From: a phage
Direction: 5' to 3' (one strand)
DNA: 64,000 bases
Sequence record: PZ386970.1
Shown here: piece by piece, positions 35,341 through 45,363 of the stretch
How the letters are laid out: each line of letters begins with the position of its first letter
Position numbering within the stretch: the first letter of the stretch is position 1
The notes under the pieces: model-generated
Seen by the model: only the letters and a program-made list of their open reading frames with translations
The model's database searches: none
Told to the model about the DNA's origin: nothing
Program-made: the position numbers and the translations under genes

Positions 35341-35972
35341 TATTCGCCTCGTAACATGGCACCTAGTGCACCGCCAGGGTGGAACTTAAGGAAGTCATTA
35401 GAGGTAAATCCACGTTCAGAAGAAAGGTTGATAGCAAACGTATCGATAAGCGCTAACAACAATGTAGTGGACATTGTCGGAGCTAAAGAGTTCTCATCGA
35501 CCTCTACCGCGATGCCTGTACAGAAAGAGTAATCAAAAAGGGCTTCATTTTCTTGCGGAATGTCAGGGTTACAATGTAACAGAATCTGTTTAACCTGAGG
35601 ACGAATCATACGAAGATGTTTAGCAACACCTATCATTTCTTCGGTCTTACCAGAACGACTAATATGAATCAACACATCATTAGGCGCAATGAATCCTGCA
35701 TCACCGTGAGAATAATGCCCGGTGTTCAAGTACATACTAGGAATACCTAGTGAAGCAAATGTCTCAGAAGCTTTAGTTGCAATATTAGCATTCTTACCAA
35801 CACCTGTAATAATTACTCGGCTTTCATAATTACTAAGTCCTGGGCGTCGAAGAGTTTCTAGAATAGCATTATAACGAGCAGGGTTTTGACTAATTACTTT
35901 GGCCATAGTAGCCAAAGAAGAAGCTTGTTTTATGATTGCGTCAATAGCGATAGTGATTGGTGTAGTTTTCAT
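35340..35972 (-). CDS. SIS-domain sugar-phosphate isomerase, KdsD/GutQ-like (arabinose-5-phosphate isomerase-like), no CBS domains
   Basis: VIITGVGKNANIATKASETFASLGIPS...HISRSGKTEE and FLKFHPGGALG match the KdsD SIS domain; 210 aa. Confidence 0.7.
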   Translation of the reverse strand: MKTTPITIAIDAIIKQASSLATMAKVISQNPARYNAILETLRRPGLSNYESRVIITGVGKNANIATKASETFASLGIPSMYLNTGHYSHGDAGFIAPNDVLIHISRSGKTEEMIGVAKHLRMIRPQVKQILLHCNPDIPQENEALFDYSFCTGIAVEVDENSLAPTMSTTLLLALIDTFAINLSSERGFTSNDFLKFHPGGALGAMLRGE

Positions 35973-36012
35973 ATTTCTCTCATTTAATTAGTTTACCGTC
36001 CATGGTATTATA

Positions 36013-38724
36013 TCAAAAATCGAACATATCGAACAGAGATGCTTTCTTCTCGTAATCGAGTTTCGCTGCTGATGTGAATCCTTCAAGTGGTTTAATAAAT
36101 GTCTTCTCAAGGAGAACAGTGTAGTCCATCCAATGAAGTACGTCGTCTTTAATTAAATCTGTGATTTCAGTACCAGAAGGCCATGCGATACATTTATCAC
36201 CGAATGGGTTTCCATCACGTAAAGGCAGAACGTATACCTTTTCGCCTTCTACAACTTGTGGAGCATCAATATTACCTTTGATAGCCCGGTTATATGTCAG
36301 AATTCCACGAATATGGAACGGGCATTTAGGACCAGGGAATCCACCAACGTCATATTTAGCAATGTTATTCGCAGAAGATACCGACGCGATGCTAATATAA
36401 TTCAATTGACGGAATTCTTTTTCAAACTCTTTAAAATATTCTTGTAATGATTCTTCACCTTCTTGAAGCATACGACGAATACATTCTTTAAGAGCTTTCT
36501 GTACTGCTTTAGGGGTCGAAGATTTCTGAGTCTCTAGACCCATGATTTTGAGTTTAGGCTCAGCGTAACGAGTACCTTCCATATCCCACACGTTTAATGC
36601 ATAACGTTTCTTACCAGTCCAGAATCCACCAATACCTTTAGAACCAAGCGGAGGCCCAGCGATAGCTTCTCGGTCCATGAACATCAAATGTTGCTTATTA
36701 TTCATGTATTCGCACATTTCACGGAAACCTCTATCAATAGCAGGTTCCATACGTTCACGAGCGAACTTATCTAAGAAGTCTACCCAATGGTTGGTATCAC
36801 GGAATTTAGATTCACCAACCTTATCGATAATTTTATCAGCAGATACGTAAATAGAGTCTGTATCACCATAAAGAACGAAAGCTTCGCCTTCTGTACCACA
36901 AACTTCATTCAGATATTCATTAACTTTACGTTCAATCCACTGTAAAGCCATTTGCCCGAATGTTGTGATTGCAGTAGCATTACGCAAATCATAATAACGG
37001 AACCAAACGTTACCAAGTGCACCATAAAGTGAGTTGATAAGCAATTTACGGTTAATTTGTGCAGTCATACCTGCAACTTCAGTACGTTGAGCTCTAAACA
37101 GCATTTCATTAAGAGATTTAGCAGACAACTTTTTAATCTTTTCTTTAATCTCATCACTGAAGTCGAAACGATAATCAACATCTAATGGTTCGTCAACAGA
37201 AAGATTAGGATTATGCAATGCCTCTTTAATTATTTCACCATTACGTTGAGCTGCAAGCATGTAACCTTTATGTTCTTTACGTTGATTAAAGACCTTAGTG
37301 ATTTCAGTTGGAACTACACCATCACGGTCTTTATAATACATCATGCCGTTAGGAGAGCAACTGTACACATCTGAAGGACGTTCAGCAACAGCGTTAATAT
37401 AATCATGCAATGGAGCTACTTTAAACGTTCCTGCTATTGTTTCTGGGCTAATATTCACTTGGCGAATAATACTTGGATACAGAGATGTAAGGTCGAAACT
37501 CATTACATATTTGTATCGATTTGGAATAGGTTCCTTAACAAAAGCGCCTGGGTAAGGTTGAACTGGATGCGAACGACCTTGTGGAATCACCTTGTTCTGC
37601 TCTTTAAGGCTATTAAAAATAATAGCATCCCATGTTTTAATTGGGCTAAACACAGATTGAATCTGTATCTTAGCATAATAACCCATGTCCAAGCTCAAGT
37701 TAATGAACTGGCGTTTAGCATCAATTTGCAATACACGATACACGTCGATAATGTTATAAGAAATATATCGTTGGTGATTGCTTTCACGAAGCTTAGAAAT
37801 AGGGCCGTCGTATTTCAGTTTACCAACGTTCAATTCAAATTCTGAAATGTAATCCAGAGAATATGACGGTTGATTGGTAAAAGAGAATTTTTTGTAAAGG
37901 TCAATGTAATCAAGAACAGAGATACCGAACAATGTAATGATTTCACGAGAACCATACATGTTTTCGATAACTTTAACACGAGTTTTACGATGTGGCGATA
38001 AACGTTTCGCAGTAGATTCGCCAAAAATATTCTTGATTCGGTTATACACATATGGAATATCAAATGACTCAACGTTCCATCCAGTCAAAATGACAGGAGT
38101 TTTCTGTTGCCAGAAGTTGAGATATTCCATCAACAATTCTTTTTCGTTATCGAACGGCATATAAATGATTTTATCGATAATTTCAGATGGAACTTCATCA
38201 CCGCCTTGTTCTTGAAGCTTAGCCGCAATTTCGATAGACCATTCTTCTACATTACCATATGGAGAATTCAATAGATCAAATACGTAGAACCTGTCGTCAA
38301 TTGAGTCATAATGGGTGATAGCATCAATCGGATGTTTTGCTTGTGACGGCTCAGGGAACCCATCCGGAGATGTTACTTCGATGTCGAAGTTAGCCACACG
38401 AATTTTTGTATGGTCGTATTTGATTTCATAGTTATAAGTGTCAGACAAATACGCCAATTTGAAATCGTCCATGCCAAGTGCTTCAAGTCCGATATCTTCC
38501 ATGCGTTTAATCCATTGGGAGGCATCACGCATATTAGCGAACAACTTACGAGTACACGGCTTACCGTAGATATCGAAATATTTCGTAGCCTGACTTTCTG
38601 GACAATGAGCAAACAGTGATGGTTTATATTCTACTTCGCGAGTACGTTCACGGCCATTAGAATCGATGTAACGTTCAAAAATTGAATCACCAATCTGTTC
38701 AACCGTTAAGTAAAATTCTTTCAT
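36013..38724 (-). CDS. 43: DNA polymerase gp43 (family B)
   Basis: 903 aa; exo motifs FDIE and YNIIDV, pol motifs DLTSLYPS, KILINSLYG, YGDTDS. Confidence 0.95.
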   Translation of the reverse strand: MKEFYLTVEQIGDSIFERYIDSNGRERTREVEYKPSLFAHCPESQATKYFDIYGKPCTRKLFANMRDASQWIKRMEDIGLEALGMDDFKLAYLSDTYNYEIKYDHTKIRVANFDIEVTSPDGFPEPSQAKHPIDAITHYDSIDDRFYVFDLLNSPYGNVEEWSIEIAAKLQEQGGDEVPSEIIDKIIYMPFDNEKELLMEYLNFWQQKTPVILTGWNVESFDIPYVYNRIKNIFGESTAKRLSPHRKTRVKVIENMYGSREIITLFGISVLDYIDLYKKFSFTNQPSYSLDYISEFELNVGKLKYDGPISKLRESNHQRYISYNIIDVYRVLQIDAKRQFINLSLDMGYYAKIQIQSVFSPIKTWDAIIFNSLKEQNKVIPQGRSHPVQPYPGAFVKEPIPNRYKYVMSFDLTSLYPSIIRQVNISPETIAGTFKVAPLHDYINAVAERPSDVYSCSPNGMMYYKDRDGVVPTEITKVFNQRKEHKGYMLAAQRNGEIIKEALHNPNLSVDEPLDVDYRFDFSDEIKEKIKKLSAKSLNEMLFRAQRTEVAGMTAQINRKLLINSLYGALGNVWFRYYDLRNATAITTFGQMALQWIERKVNEYLNEVCGTEGEAFVLYGDTDSIYVSADKIIDKVGESKFRDTNHWVDFLDKFARERMEPAIDRGFREMCEYMNNKQHLMFMDREAIAGPPLGSKGIGGFWTGKKRYALNVWDMEGTRYAEPKLKIMGLETQKSSTPKAVQKALKECIRRMLQEGEESLQEYFKEFEKEFRQLNYISIASVSSANNIAKYDVGGFPGPKCPFHIRGILTYNRAIKGNIDAPQVVEGEKVYVLPLRDGNPFGDKCIAWPSGTEITDLIKDDVLHWMDYTVLLEKTFIKPLEGFTSAAKLDYEKKASLFDMFDF

Positions 38725-38730
38725 TTAATT

Positions 38731-38751
38731 TCCTTTAGACGAGTTATTGTC
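38731..38751 (-). promoter_or_regulatory. gene 43 translational operator-like element: short hairpin with loop AAUAACUC next to the SD
   Basis: minus strand GACAAUAACUCGUC then AAGGAAAUUAA-AUG; loop resembles remembered T4 gene 43 operator loop. Confidence 0.4.
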
Positions 38752-38771
38752 TTTTGTTTGTTGATGAACTT

Positions 38772-38800
38772 ATTATACTCCAAATGGGACCGAAGTCCCA
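38772..38800 (-). promoter_or_regulatory. promoter for gene 43 (TATAAT -10 of the family B repeat; -35 overlaps terminator hairpin)
   Basis: TATACTCCAA motif shared with family B promoters. Confidence 0.4.
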
Positions 38801-38805
38801 TTGCT
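38785..38805 (-). terminator. UUCG-tetraloop hairpin (UGGGAC-UUCG-GUCCCA) 3' of regA
   Basis: stem-loop followed by UUUGG. Confidence 0.45.
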
Positions 38806-39174
38806 TTAATTACCAATTGTATATTTTGCTTTCAAAGTCCAGTCGTCTTTCTGTTTAAAAGAGATAACACGGAAGTTATTAGTCAGGCTAAATAGATCTT
38901 CACGAGCAGAGTCTTCAATAACAATCAATCCCCAGTCTTCAAGCAACTGAGCAATCGAATCACGTCGCTGATAGTCTTCACCGTCAATATCAACCTGGCG
39001 TCCATCCATACGCAGCATTTCTTTAAAGTGGACAATATAGTACTTACCTTGCTTTTGGAGGATATGACAAGACTGGTAAAGGACTTTATCTTTGTTATTA
39101 GCGATGCCCATACGGGTCAAAGTCTCTTTGACTTTCAGAAAATCTTCAGGGTTCTTCAATTTAATTTCAATCAT
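38806..39174 (-). CDS. regA: translational repressor RegA
   Basis: MIEIKLKNPEDFLKVKETLTRMGIANNKDKVLYQSCHILQK near-identical to T4 RegA; 122 aa. Confidence 0.85.
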   Translation of the reverse strand: MIEIKLKNPEDFLKVKETLTRMGIANNKDKVLYQSCHILQKQGKYYIVHFKEMLRMDGRQVDIDGEDYQRRDSIAQLLEDWGLIVIEDSAREDLFSLTNNFRVISFKQKDDWTLKAKYTIGN

Positions 39175-39176
39175 TT

Positions 39177-39740
39177 TTACCATTCCAATGCTAATTTTTT
39201 AAATTGTTTTTGTTCTTTCACGTTTTTGGTAACTTCTTTAAGAAATTCATCAGTGACCATGGCCTTCAGTTCTTTAAGGACTATTGGCAACTTGTTATTT
39301 TTTTCAAGGAGCCGCTTATACTCGGTAGCATCATTCATGTTGATTGTGTAATGTTTCATCAACAGTTTGATAACTAGTAACTCTGAAGTGTCTTCAACTA
39401 GTTTAGCCCATTTAGAGAATCGACGACCACGCGGAATTGCCGCCATCATATAGTTGAAGTGCGCTTCATCACTTAATTCAGAACCGACTAAGTTCATCAT
39501 GTAAACGGCTGGCATACATTCTGGGAACTGTGATAATGAGTTCTCAACCATAAATTTTGAGTAGTCGACCTGAGCAATTGACATAGATTTCTTTTCATTA
39601 ATAGCATTAATGATTTTAAAGAATTCATTCTCAGGTTTTTCTTTAAACATATCAGCACATTTTTGAATCGCATCAGCGTCATTAGACTTCCATGCAATTT
39701 GGTGCTCGTTAAGCTGGACGTCATCATCGAATAAGTTCAT
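39177..39740 (-). CDS. 62: clamp loader small subunit gp62
   Basis: 187 aa; matches T4 gp62 throughout. Confidence 0.85.
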   Translation of the reverse strand: MNLFDDDVQLNEHQIAWKSNDADAIQKCADMFKEKPENEFFKIINAINEKKSMSIAQVDYSKFMVENSLSQFPECMPAVYMMNLVGSELSDEAHFNYMMAAIPRGRRFSKWAKLVEDTSELLVIKLLMKHYTINMNDATEYKRLLEKNNKLPIVLKELKAMVTDEFLKEVTKNVKEQKQFKKLALEW

Positions 39741-39741
39741 A

Positions 39742-40704
39742 TTATTTCCAAGTCAGTTCACAGGTCAGTTGAAGAAGCATATACATAACATGTAATTCAA
39801 TATTACTTGCTAGTCCATGAAACTTATTATTTTCGCCTGCAATTTCGTAAAGCGAAATAATACTTTTACCAGGTGCAACTTGGTCATAACATTCTGAAAC
39901 TAATTTATCGATGAACCATGAATAATCTGCAGCATATTTTGGAGCTAATGCACGAAGTTGTTTGATATCTTTGTTCTTCATTGCTTCGATAACATCAGAG
40001 ACTGTGCCACGGTCATTAGTTACGATAGACAGAATACCTGCATCAAGAACACCTTTAGACGAGTACTGGTCTAATTGGCCAATTGTACGACGAAAGTCTG
40101 GGAAGTTCTTTTTAACCAGAGCTGCAACAACTTTCATATCAGCGATTTCGATATTTTCGTTCTTACAGATTTCAACCATACGATGAATCATTTTCTTCAT
40201 CATCGAGATTTTATCTTCTTCAGTCGGACGACCGAATTCGATAACTCGACAACGGCTACGTAATGGTTCAATAATTCCGTCAATGTTGTTAGCAGTGATA
40301 ATAATAGAGCAGTTACTAGAGAATTCTTCCATAAACGTACGAAGGTGACGTTGTGATTCGGCGAGGCCACTACGGTCAAATTCATCAATAACAATAACTT
40401 TAGGCTTGCCTTCCATTGAGACTGAACGAGCGAATGCAGTTAACGGACCACGCACAAAATCAATCTTACAATCAGAACCGTTGACGAACATCATTTCGGC
40501 ATTGATATCATTACATAATGCTTTTGCTACGGTTGTTTTACCTGTACCAGGAGAAGGAGAGTGCAAAATAATATGAGGAAGTTTTCCTTTAGATACTAAA
40601 GACTTGAATGTTTCGTGGTCATACGCAGGCAGAATACATTCGTCAATGGAAGAAGGACGATATTTCTGTTCTAGAATGTGTTCTTTGGAATTGATAGTAA
40701 TCAT
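39742..40704 (-). CDS. 44: clamp loader ATPase gp44 (AAA+)
   Basis: 320 aa; Walker [15 protein letters not shown] Walker B, SRC motif. Confidence 0.9.
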   Translation of the reverse strand: MITINSKEHILEQKYRPSSIDECILPAYDHETFKSLVSKGKLPHIILHSPSPGTGKTTVAKALCNDINAEMMFVNGSDCKIDFVRGPLTAFARSVSMEGKPKVIVIDEFDRSGLAESQRHLRTFMEEFSSNCSIIITANNIDGIIEPLRSRCRVIEFGRPTEEDKISMMKKMIHRMVEICKNENIEIADMKVVAALVKKNFPDFRRTIGQLDQYSSKGVLDAGILSIVTNDRGTVSDVIEAMKNKDIKQLRALAPKYAADYSWFIDKLVSECYDQVAPGKSIISLYEIAGENNKFHGLASNIELHVMYMLLQLTCELTWK

Positions 40705-40779
40705 GTAATTTTCCTCATTATCATTAAACTGGAGGATTTCTCCTCCATAATCGTACTACATTAAACGTAAAGCTTTGAC

Positions 40780-41466
40780 TTAGAAGTCGTGAGTAGAATC
40801 AGCTTCCATTGCAATAACATAACTTACTTGAGAGCTTTCAAACTTAGCTGCAACTTTATCACCAGCTCCCCACAACATTACTTTATAGTTACCTGGCTGG
40901 ATTTTCATATTAGCCATATTGATTACGAAGTTAAAGTTGTTAGAACCATCATAATCGGTAAGAGTCAAAGAATACTTAGGACGAGTCAAGCCAGAATCTT
41001 CAACTTTATTGTAACCGTTGATAACAATTTTACCATCTTTATTTGTAATAGCAATTGTATCAATCTGCAGTCCACGTGAAACTCGGAGCAATTGTTGGAG
41101 GTCTTCAGCTTTAATTTCAGTAATAACGGAAGCTACTGGGAACTGAATTGGCTTATTCGGGAACACGATAGTGCTCTTGTCAGCGGCAGGCCAATAAACT
41201 GTGGAACGTGTATCTGCAATTTTAATATTACCGTCAGTGTGCATTGAAATTTCAGCATCATCAGACACTAGACTCAAAATGCTTAAGAAGCTATTCAAAT
41301 CATAAAGTGCTACGTCAAAATCAATTTCATCAGAGATATTTGCTTCTGCATAAGTGGTGCCATTAACTGCACGAGTCATAATAAATTTACCTTGACTCAG
41401 AAGAATACCGGAGTTAATAGAGGCAAAGTTTTTCAGAATAGCGATAGTATCTTTAGACAGTTTCAT
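40780..41466 (-). CDS. 45: sliding clamp gp45
   Basis: MKLSKDTIAILKNF... matches T4 gp45; track start over-extended by 5 codons. Confidence 0.9.
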   Translation of the reverse strand: MKLSKDTIAILKNFASINSGILLSQGKFIMTRAVNGTTYAEANISDEIDFDVALYDLNSFLSILSLVSDDAEISMHTDGNIKIADTRSTVYWPAADKSTIVFPNKPIQFPVASVITEIKAEDLQQLLRVSRGLQIDTIAITNKDGKIVINGYNKVEDSGLTRPKYSLTLTDYDGSNNFNFVINMANMKIQPGNYKVMLWGAGDKVAAKFESSQVSYVIAMEADSTHDF

Positions 41467-41506
41467 TTTATTTCCTTTCAAGACAATTCAAAGTTTAACA
41501 AATTTA

Positions 41507-41923
41507 TTATGCAGCAACCATCTGCTTTTTAATAGCTTCAGGCAGTGATTCAATATATTCTGGAATTTTAGAAGCAACAATTTCGCCAGCTGCAATTAGT
41601 TGTTCGTCGGCATCAACACAGTAAAAATCTTCAAGGCGTTCAGAACCGTCTTTATCAAGAACGATTTTAGCACCTGCTTCGATAGAATCTTTATAGTGCT
41701 TACGCATCAGATGAATCCACATATCAGATACATCATTATCAATAAAACCATAAATCATAAAACGAGTTTCTTGTGGCAAAGATTGAAGCTTTTTAGCACT
41801 TGCGTCATCACAATGCAGGACCCATGCTTTACGAACACGATTATGGTTATGCGGGTTAGCGTCAGTACGGATAGAAGTAACTTTCAGATCAGCAGCGGTA
41901 AAACCTTTAGCAGTAGTAAACAT
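41507..41923 (-). CDS. rpbA: hypothetical protein at the rpbA position (138 aa)
   Basis: synteny between 45 and 46 only. Confidence 0.4.
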   Translation of the reverse strand: MFTTAKGFTAADLKVTSIRTDANPHNHNRVRKAWVLHCDDASAKKLQSLPQETRFMIYGFIDNDVSDMWIHLMRKHYKDSIEAGAKIVLDKDGSERLEDFYCVDADEQLIAAGEIVASKIPEYIESLPEAIKKQMVAA

Positions 41924-41935
41924 ATTATTTCTCTC

Positions 41936-42136
41936 TTATTCGTAGAAGTCGGTAACTGTCCATGCGGAATTGCGATTAGACATTATTTTATTATACTCAT
42001 CTTTAAAAGCAGATTTGAGCATTTGTTCAGTAACAATATGTTCTTCACCTGAAAAAGTATTGGTCAAAACATATTTTTTAATTTCAGGGACAACGAGAAG
42101 ATGTTGTCCGGTTGAATACTCCATGTTGTTCTCCAT
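41936..42136 (-). CDS. hypothetical protein (66 aa)
   Basis: ORF; 45.2 position. Confidence 0.4.
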   Translation of the reverse strand: MENNMEYSTGQHLLVVPEIKKYVLTNTFSGEEHIVTEQMLKSAFKDEYNKIMSNRNSAWTVTDFYE

Positions 42137-42178
42137 TTAATTTGATGTGGTCATTATAACCACATCGTGTTAAAGCGT

Positions 42179-43867
42179 TTATGAAACAGTCATCACAGTA
42201 AATCGTCCAACTTTGCTCATTTGAAGATGTTGTCCATAAGCTTGTGGGTCATGGTCTCTGTGACTAATTATAAACACGTTTGCATCGGTTAGAGAGTTAA
42301 GAATTGTTGAAATAGCTTTAATACCTTCAGAATCAGTCGCTGAATCCATGACTTCGTCCATAATTAATGTATTGATTCTAACACCAGAGACCTTTTCAGC
42401 AATATCTCGCCATGTAAACAACAATGCGATATCGATACGTGCCTTTTCACCTTGACTAAATGAAGCATAACTAAAATCTTCACGGCCACGTGATTTTATA
42501 GATTCATTGAATTCTTCGTCAATAGAAAACACGTAATCAGCTTCCATGATTTTAAGATAATGGTTAATCTGCTTGTTGAACAGAGGCACATATTTTTTAA
42601 TGATAGCACCTTTAATACCAGAATCTTTTAACATATCTGTGATAATACCACGATGGTATTTTTCAAGAACGATATCTGATTTTGTTTTAATGATTTTATC
42701 AAGTTCTTTTTGAAGCAAAGCTATCTCATCGGCATGGTCGATAAATTCTGCTGAGGCTTGTTCTATTGCAGCTTTAACTTTCTTAGCTTTATCAATAGTG
42801 GCAATCATTGCTTGTTTCTTGGTACGAATATCAGATGCAAGGTCCTGTTTAGTCTTAACATTAGCTCTATATTCGTCCACTAGGACACTCAGATTATCTC
42901 TGTGACAGGTAAGTTGCTCGAATGAGTGATTACATTCATGAAGCTTATCGGTAATCTTAGAGACAATAGGATCACCCTGGTGCAACTGTGATGCGCAAGT
43001 AGGACATGTACCGCCATCATGATACATCTTAATAACTTTGTTATATGAGTCAATTTTAGATTTAATCAAGAATGCTTCTTGTCCTATCTTGTTGAATGCC
43101 TCAGTAGGATCTTCATCAAGAACGATATTAAGTAGTCGCTCATTAGCTTCTTCGATTTCTGCTTTTAATGAACGAGCTTCTTTGGCTAGGTCGTCATACA
43201 TATTCTGTAGACGCGCTACATTATCACCAGATAATTTCTTTTGACGTTCGATATTATCGTTATAAATCTTAATTTGTTGGATAATACCATCTTTCTTGGC
43301 ATCAAGAACTTGTCCCTGGGAATTAAGTTCTCGAACTTGAGACTTATTGATTTTATCCATTTCAGCGAGTGTGCCAACTTCTAAAAGGTCTTCGACAAGT
43401 TTTCTACGAGCAGGGGTGCTAAGAGCCATGAAAGGGGTATACCCTGCCGTCCCAAGCACAACGATTTGTTTAAAAGACGCGTATGACATTCCGATGCTAC
43501 GTTCAAATTCTTCTTGGAAGTCACGACTGCTGGCAGATTCATCGAGACGAACACCGTCAACGGAGATTTCGAAAATATTGGGCTTTTGGCCGCGTTTAAT
43601 GAAGTATTTTTTATCATCGAATTCCATCCAAAGCTCAACTAAGAGCTCTTTCTTGTTCGTGCTATTAATGATTTGTCCTTTCTTAACATCACGAAATGGT
43701 TTACCGAAAAGTCCGAAAGTAATGGCTTCTAACATCGTAGATTTACCACCGCCGTTTTTACCGGTGATTAATGTCTTTTGGACTTTATCTAATTGGATAT
43801 CAATAGGATTCCCACCTACCGACATGATGTTTTGATAACGAACACGATTTAATTTAAATGATTTCAT
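42179..43867 (-). CDS. 46: recombination nuclease subunit gp46 (SbcC/Rad50-like ATPase)
   Basis: 562 aa; Walker A GKNGGGKST, coiled-coil middle, CPTC zinc hook-like, C-terminal DE Walker B. Confidence 0.9.
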   Translation of the reverse strand: MKSFKLNRVRYQNIMSVGGNPIDIQLDKVQKTLITGKNGGGKSTMLEAITFGLFGKPFRDVKKGQIINSTNKKELLVELWMEFDDKKYFIKRGQKPNIFEISVDGVRLDESASSRDFQEEFERSIGMSYASFKQIVVLGTAGYTPFMALSTPARRKLVEDLLEVGTLAEMDKINKSQVRELNSQGQVLDAKKDGIIQQIKIYNDNIERQKKLSGDNVARLQNMYDDLAKEARSLKAEIEEANERLLNIVLDEDPTEAFNKIGQEAFLIKSKIDSYNKVIKMYHDGGTCPTCASQLHQGDPIVSKITDKLHECNHSFEQLTCHRDNLSVLVDEYRANVKTKQDLASDIRTKKQAMIATIDKAKKVKAAIEQASAEFIDHADEIALLQKELDKIIKTKSDIVLEKYHRGIITDMLKDSGIKGAIIKKYVPLFNKQINHYLKIMEADYVFSIDEEFNESIKSRGREDFSYASFSQGEKARIDIALLFTWRDIAEKVSGVRINTLIMDEVMDSATDSEGIKAISTILNSLTDANVFIISHRDHDPQAYGQHLQMSKVGRFTVMTVS

Positions 43868-44112
43868 ATGTATTCTCTTCGAATGAAGTCCTCTACATAT
43901 TTTAACATGTCATCCCTATCAGCAAAATATTCATCTAGTTCTGCATACATAACAACACCTGGTGCGTACTCACAGGTAACATACATTGTTCCAAAGAAAC
44001 GAGGAGTTGATTCCTCGTAATTCTCAGTCCATTCTACGATACCAAAATAACCGTCGCCAATACTAAATTCATGGCGCTGGTATTCATTAGTCTTCGTAGT
44101 CATTATAAGCAT
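43864..44112 (-). CDS. hypothetical protein (82 aa)
   Basis: ORF; 46.1 position. Confidence 0.4.
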   Translation of the reverse strand: MLIMTTKTNEYQRHEFSIGDGYFGIVEWTENYEESTPRFFGTMYVTCEYAPGVVMYAELDEYFADRDDMLKYVEDFIRREYI

Positions 44113-44347
44113 CCTCGATGCAGGCTTCAGCCATTTTCAGAAGAGAACCAGGAGTATCACCGTCCATTACATTGAAACTGAATTCCACAGCCCAGTCTGT
44201 ACAGACACGAACTGCTTTAACTTCACCGTCTTCAACTCGTAATGGTTCAATCCAGTATTTCACTGTGTTCTCGAATCCATCATCATCTTTAACGTCTATT
44301 TCAACTTCAAGCCCGAGCCCAGCATTGTTAAATTCATCTAAAGTCAT
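44087..44347 (-). CDS. hypothetical acidic protein (86 aa)
   Basis: ORF; 46.2 position. Confidence 0.4.
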   Translation of the reverse strand: MTLDEFNNAGLGLEVEIDVKDDDGFENTVKYWIEPLRVEDGEVKAVRVCTDWAVEFSFNVMDGDTPGSLLKMAEACIEDAYNDYED

Positions 44348-45363
44348 TGTGTTGCCTCAATATAAAGTTCGTTGGAATATTTGACCAGCGCTTCTCTGTC
44401 TTCGTCTGAGATATCTGGAATCGCATCAATATATTCTTTAATGATATCTTGAAGTGATTTAATCTCGATTTCCTGGTCGTCATCGGATTCAACACTGTTA
44501 TCAACTTTAGAAACCATACGAAGAGAGTGAACTACTTTTTCAAGTTCAGATTCAAACTTAGTCAATTCTGAATCAATTTCTGATACTATAACACGTACGG
44601 CTAGATTAGTATAATCAGAATAATTGATTTTGCCTTTAAACGGATAAGTGATTCGTCGATGCCATGTTGTTTCATTAGGAATAAATTCCATACGTTCAAC
44701 ATCAGTGTCAAATACCCAGAATCCGCGCGGGTCATTCTCATCGCCTGCAGTAAGGGTCCATGGTGTCCCAATATATTTGACGTTAGCAGCTTCAGAGATT
44801 GTGTGGAAGTGGCCAGACCAGACTTGTTTATAGGTCTTTAAGAAATCAGGTTCAAGCCCATGAGACTTCATTCCTTTATAGAAATAAAAGCCATTCAGTT
44901 CCCAGTGTCCAACACAATACGCAGCAGAAGAAGTCTTGATGTGCTCTAAGATTTCACCTGTATTTTCTTCACACATCCATGGAATTAAATCAATCAGACA
45001 CCCATCGAAATCAACAGTCGTAGGTTTATCATAAATAACAACATTTTTACGATGAGACAAAAGCTCTTGGGTTGTATTAGGGTATAAAGTTGTCTTATAA
45101 AAAAGGTCGTGGTTACCCAAAATAGTGTGAACGGTTATTCCAGCGTTTTCAGCCATATCAAATAATTCACGAGTAAACTCCATACAACGTTGTGTTGTGT
45201 GAGCTCGTACATCAAATACGTCCCCGTACTGTATCCATGTTGTTATTCCATTTTTAACAGAATAATCCACCATTTGTTTGAATCCGTGTCGTTGGATGTT
45301 TTGAATCCAAACATCATCCTTTTTTACACCTAAGTGCAAATCGCCCACGTTAAGAATTTTCAT
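44344..45363 (-). CDS. 47: recombination nuclease subunit gp47 (SbcD/Mre11-like phosphoesterase)
   Basis: MKILNVGDLHLG, GNHD, GHxH phosphoesterase motifs; start trimmed to MKILNVG. Confidence 0.9.
   Translation of the reverse strand: MKILNVGDLHLGVKKDDVWIQNIQRHGFKQMVDYSVKNGITTWIQYGDVFDVRAHTTQRCMEFTRELFDMAENAGITVHTILGNHDLFYKTTLYPNTTQELLSHRKNVVIYDKPTTVDFDGCLIDLIPWMCEENTGEILEHIKTSSAAYCVGHWELNGFYFYKGMKSHGLEPDFLKTYKQVWSGHFHTISEAANVKYIGTPWTLTAGDENDPRGFWVFDTDVERMEFIPNETTWHRRITYPFKGKINYSDYTNLAVRVIVSEIDSELTKFESELEKVVHSLRMVSKVDNSVESDDDQEIEIKSLQDIIKEYIDAIPDISDEDREALVKYSNELYIEATQ

Noticed and set aside
29423-35972. T4-type beta-glucosyltransferase or alpha-glucosyltransferase
   Set aside because: None of the ORFs in the uvsX-43 or 47-55 intervals resembles remembered Bgt or Agt sequences; the slots are occupied by other genes.
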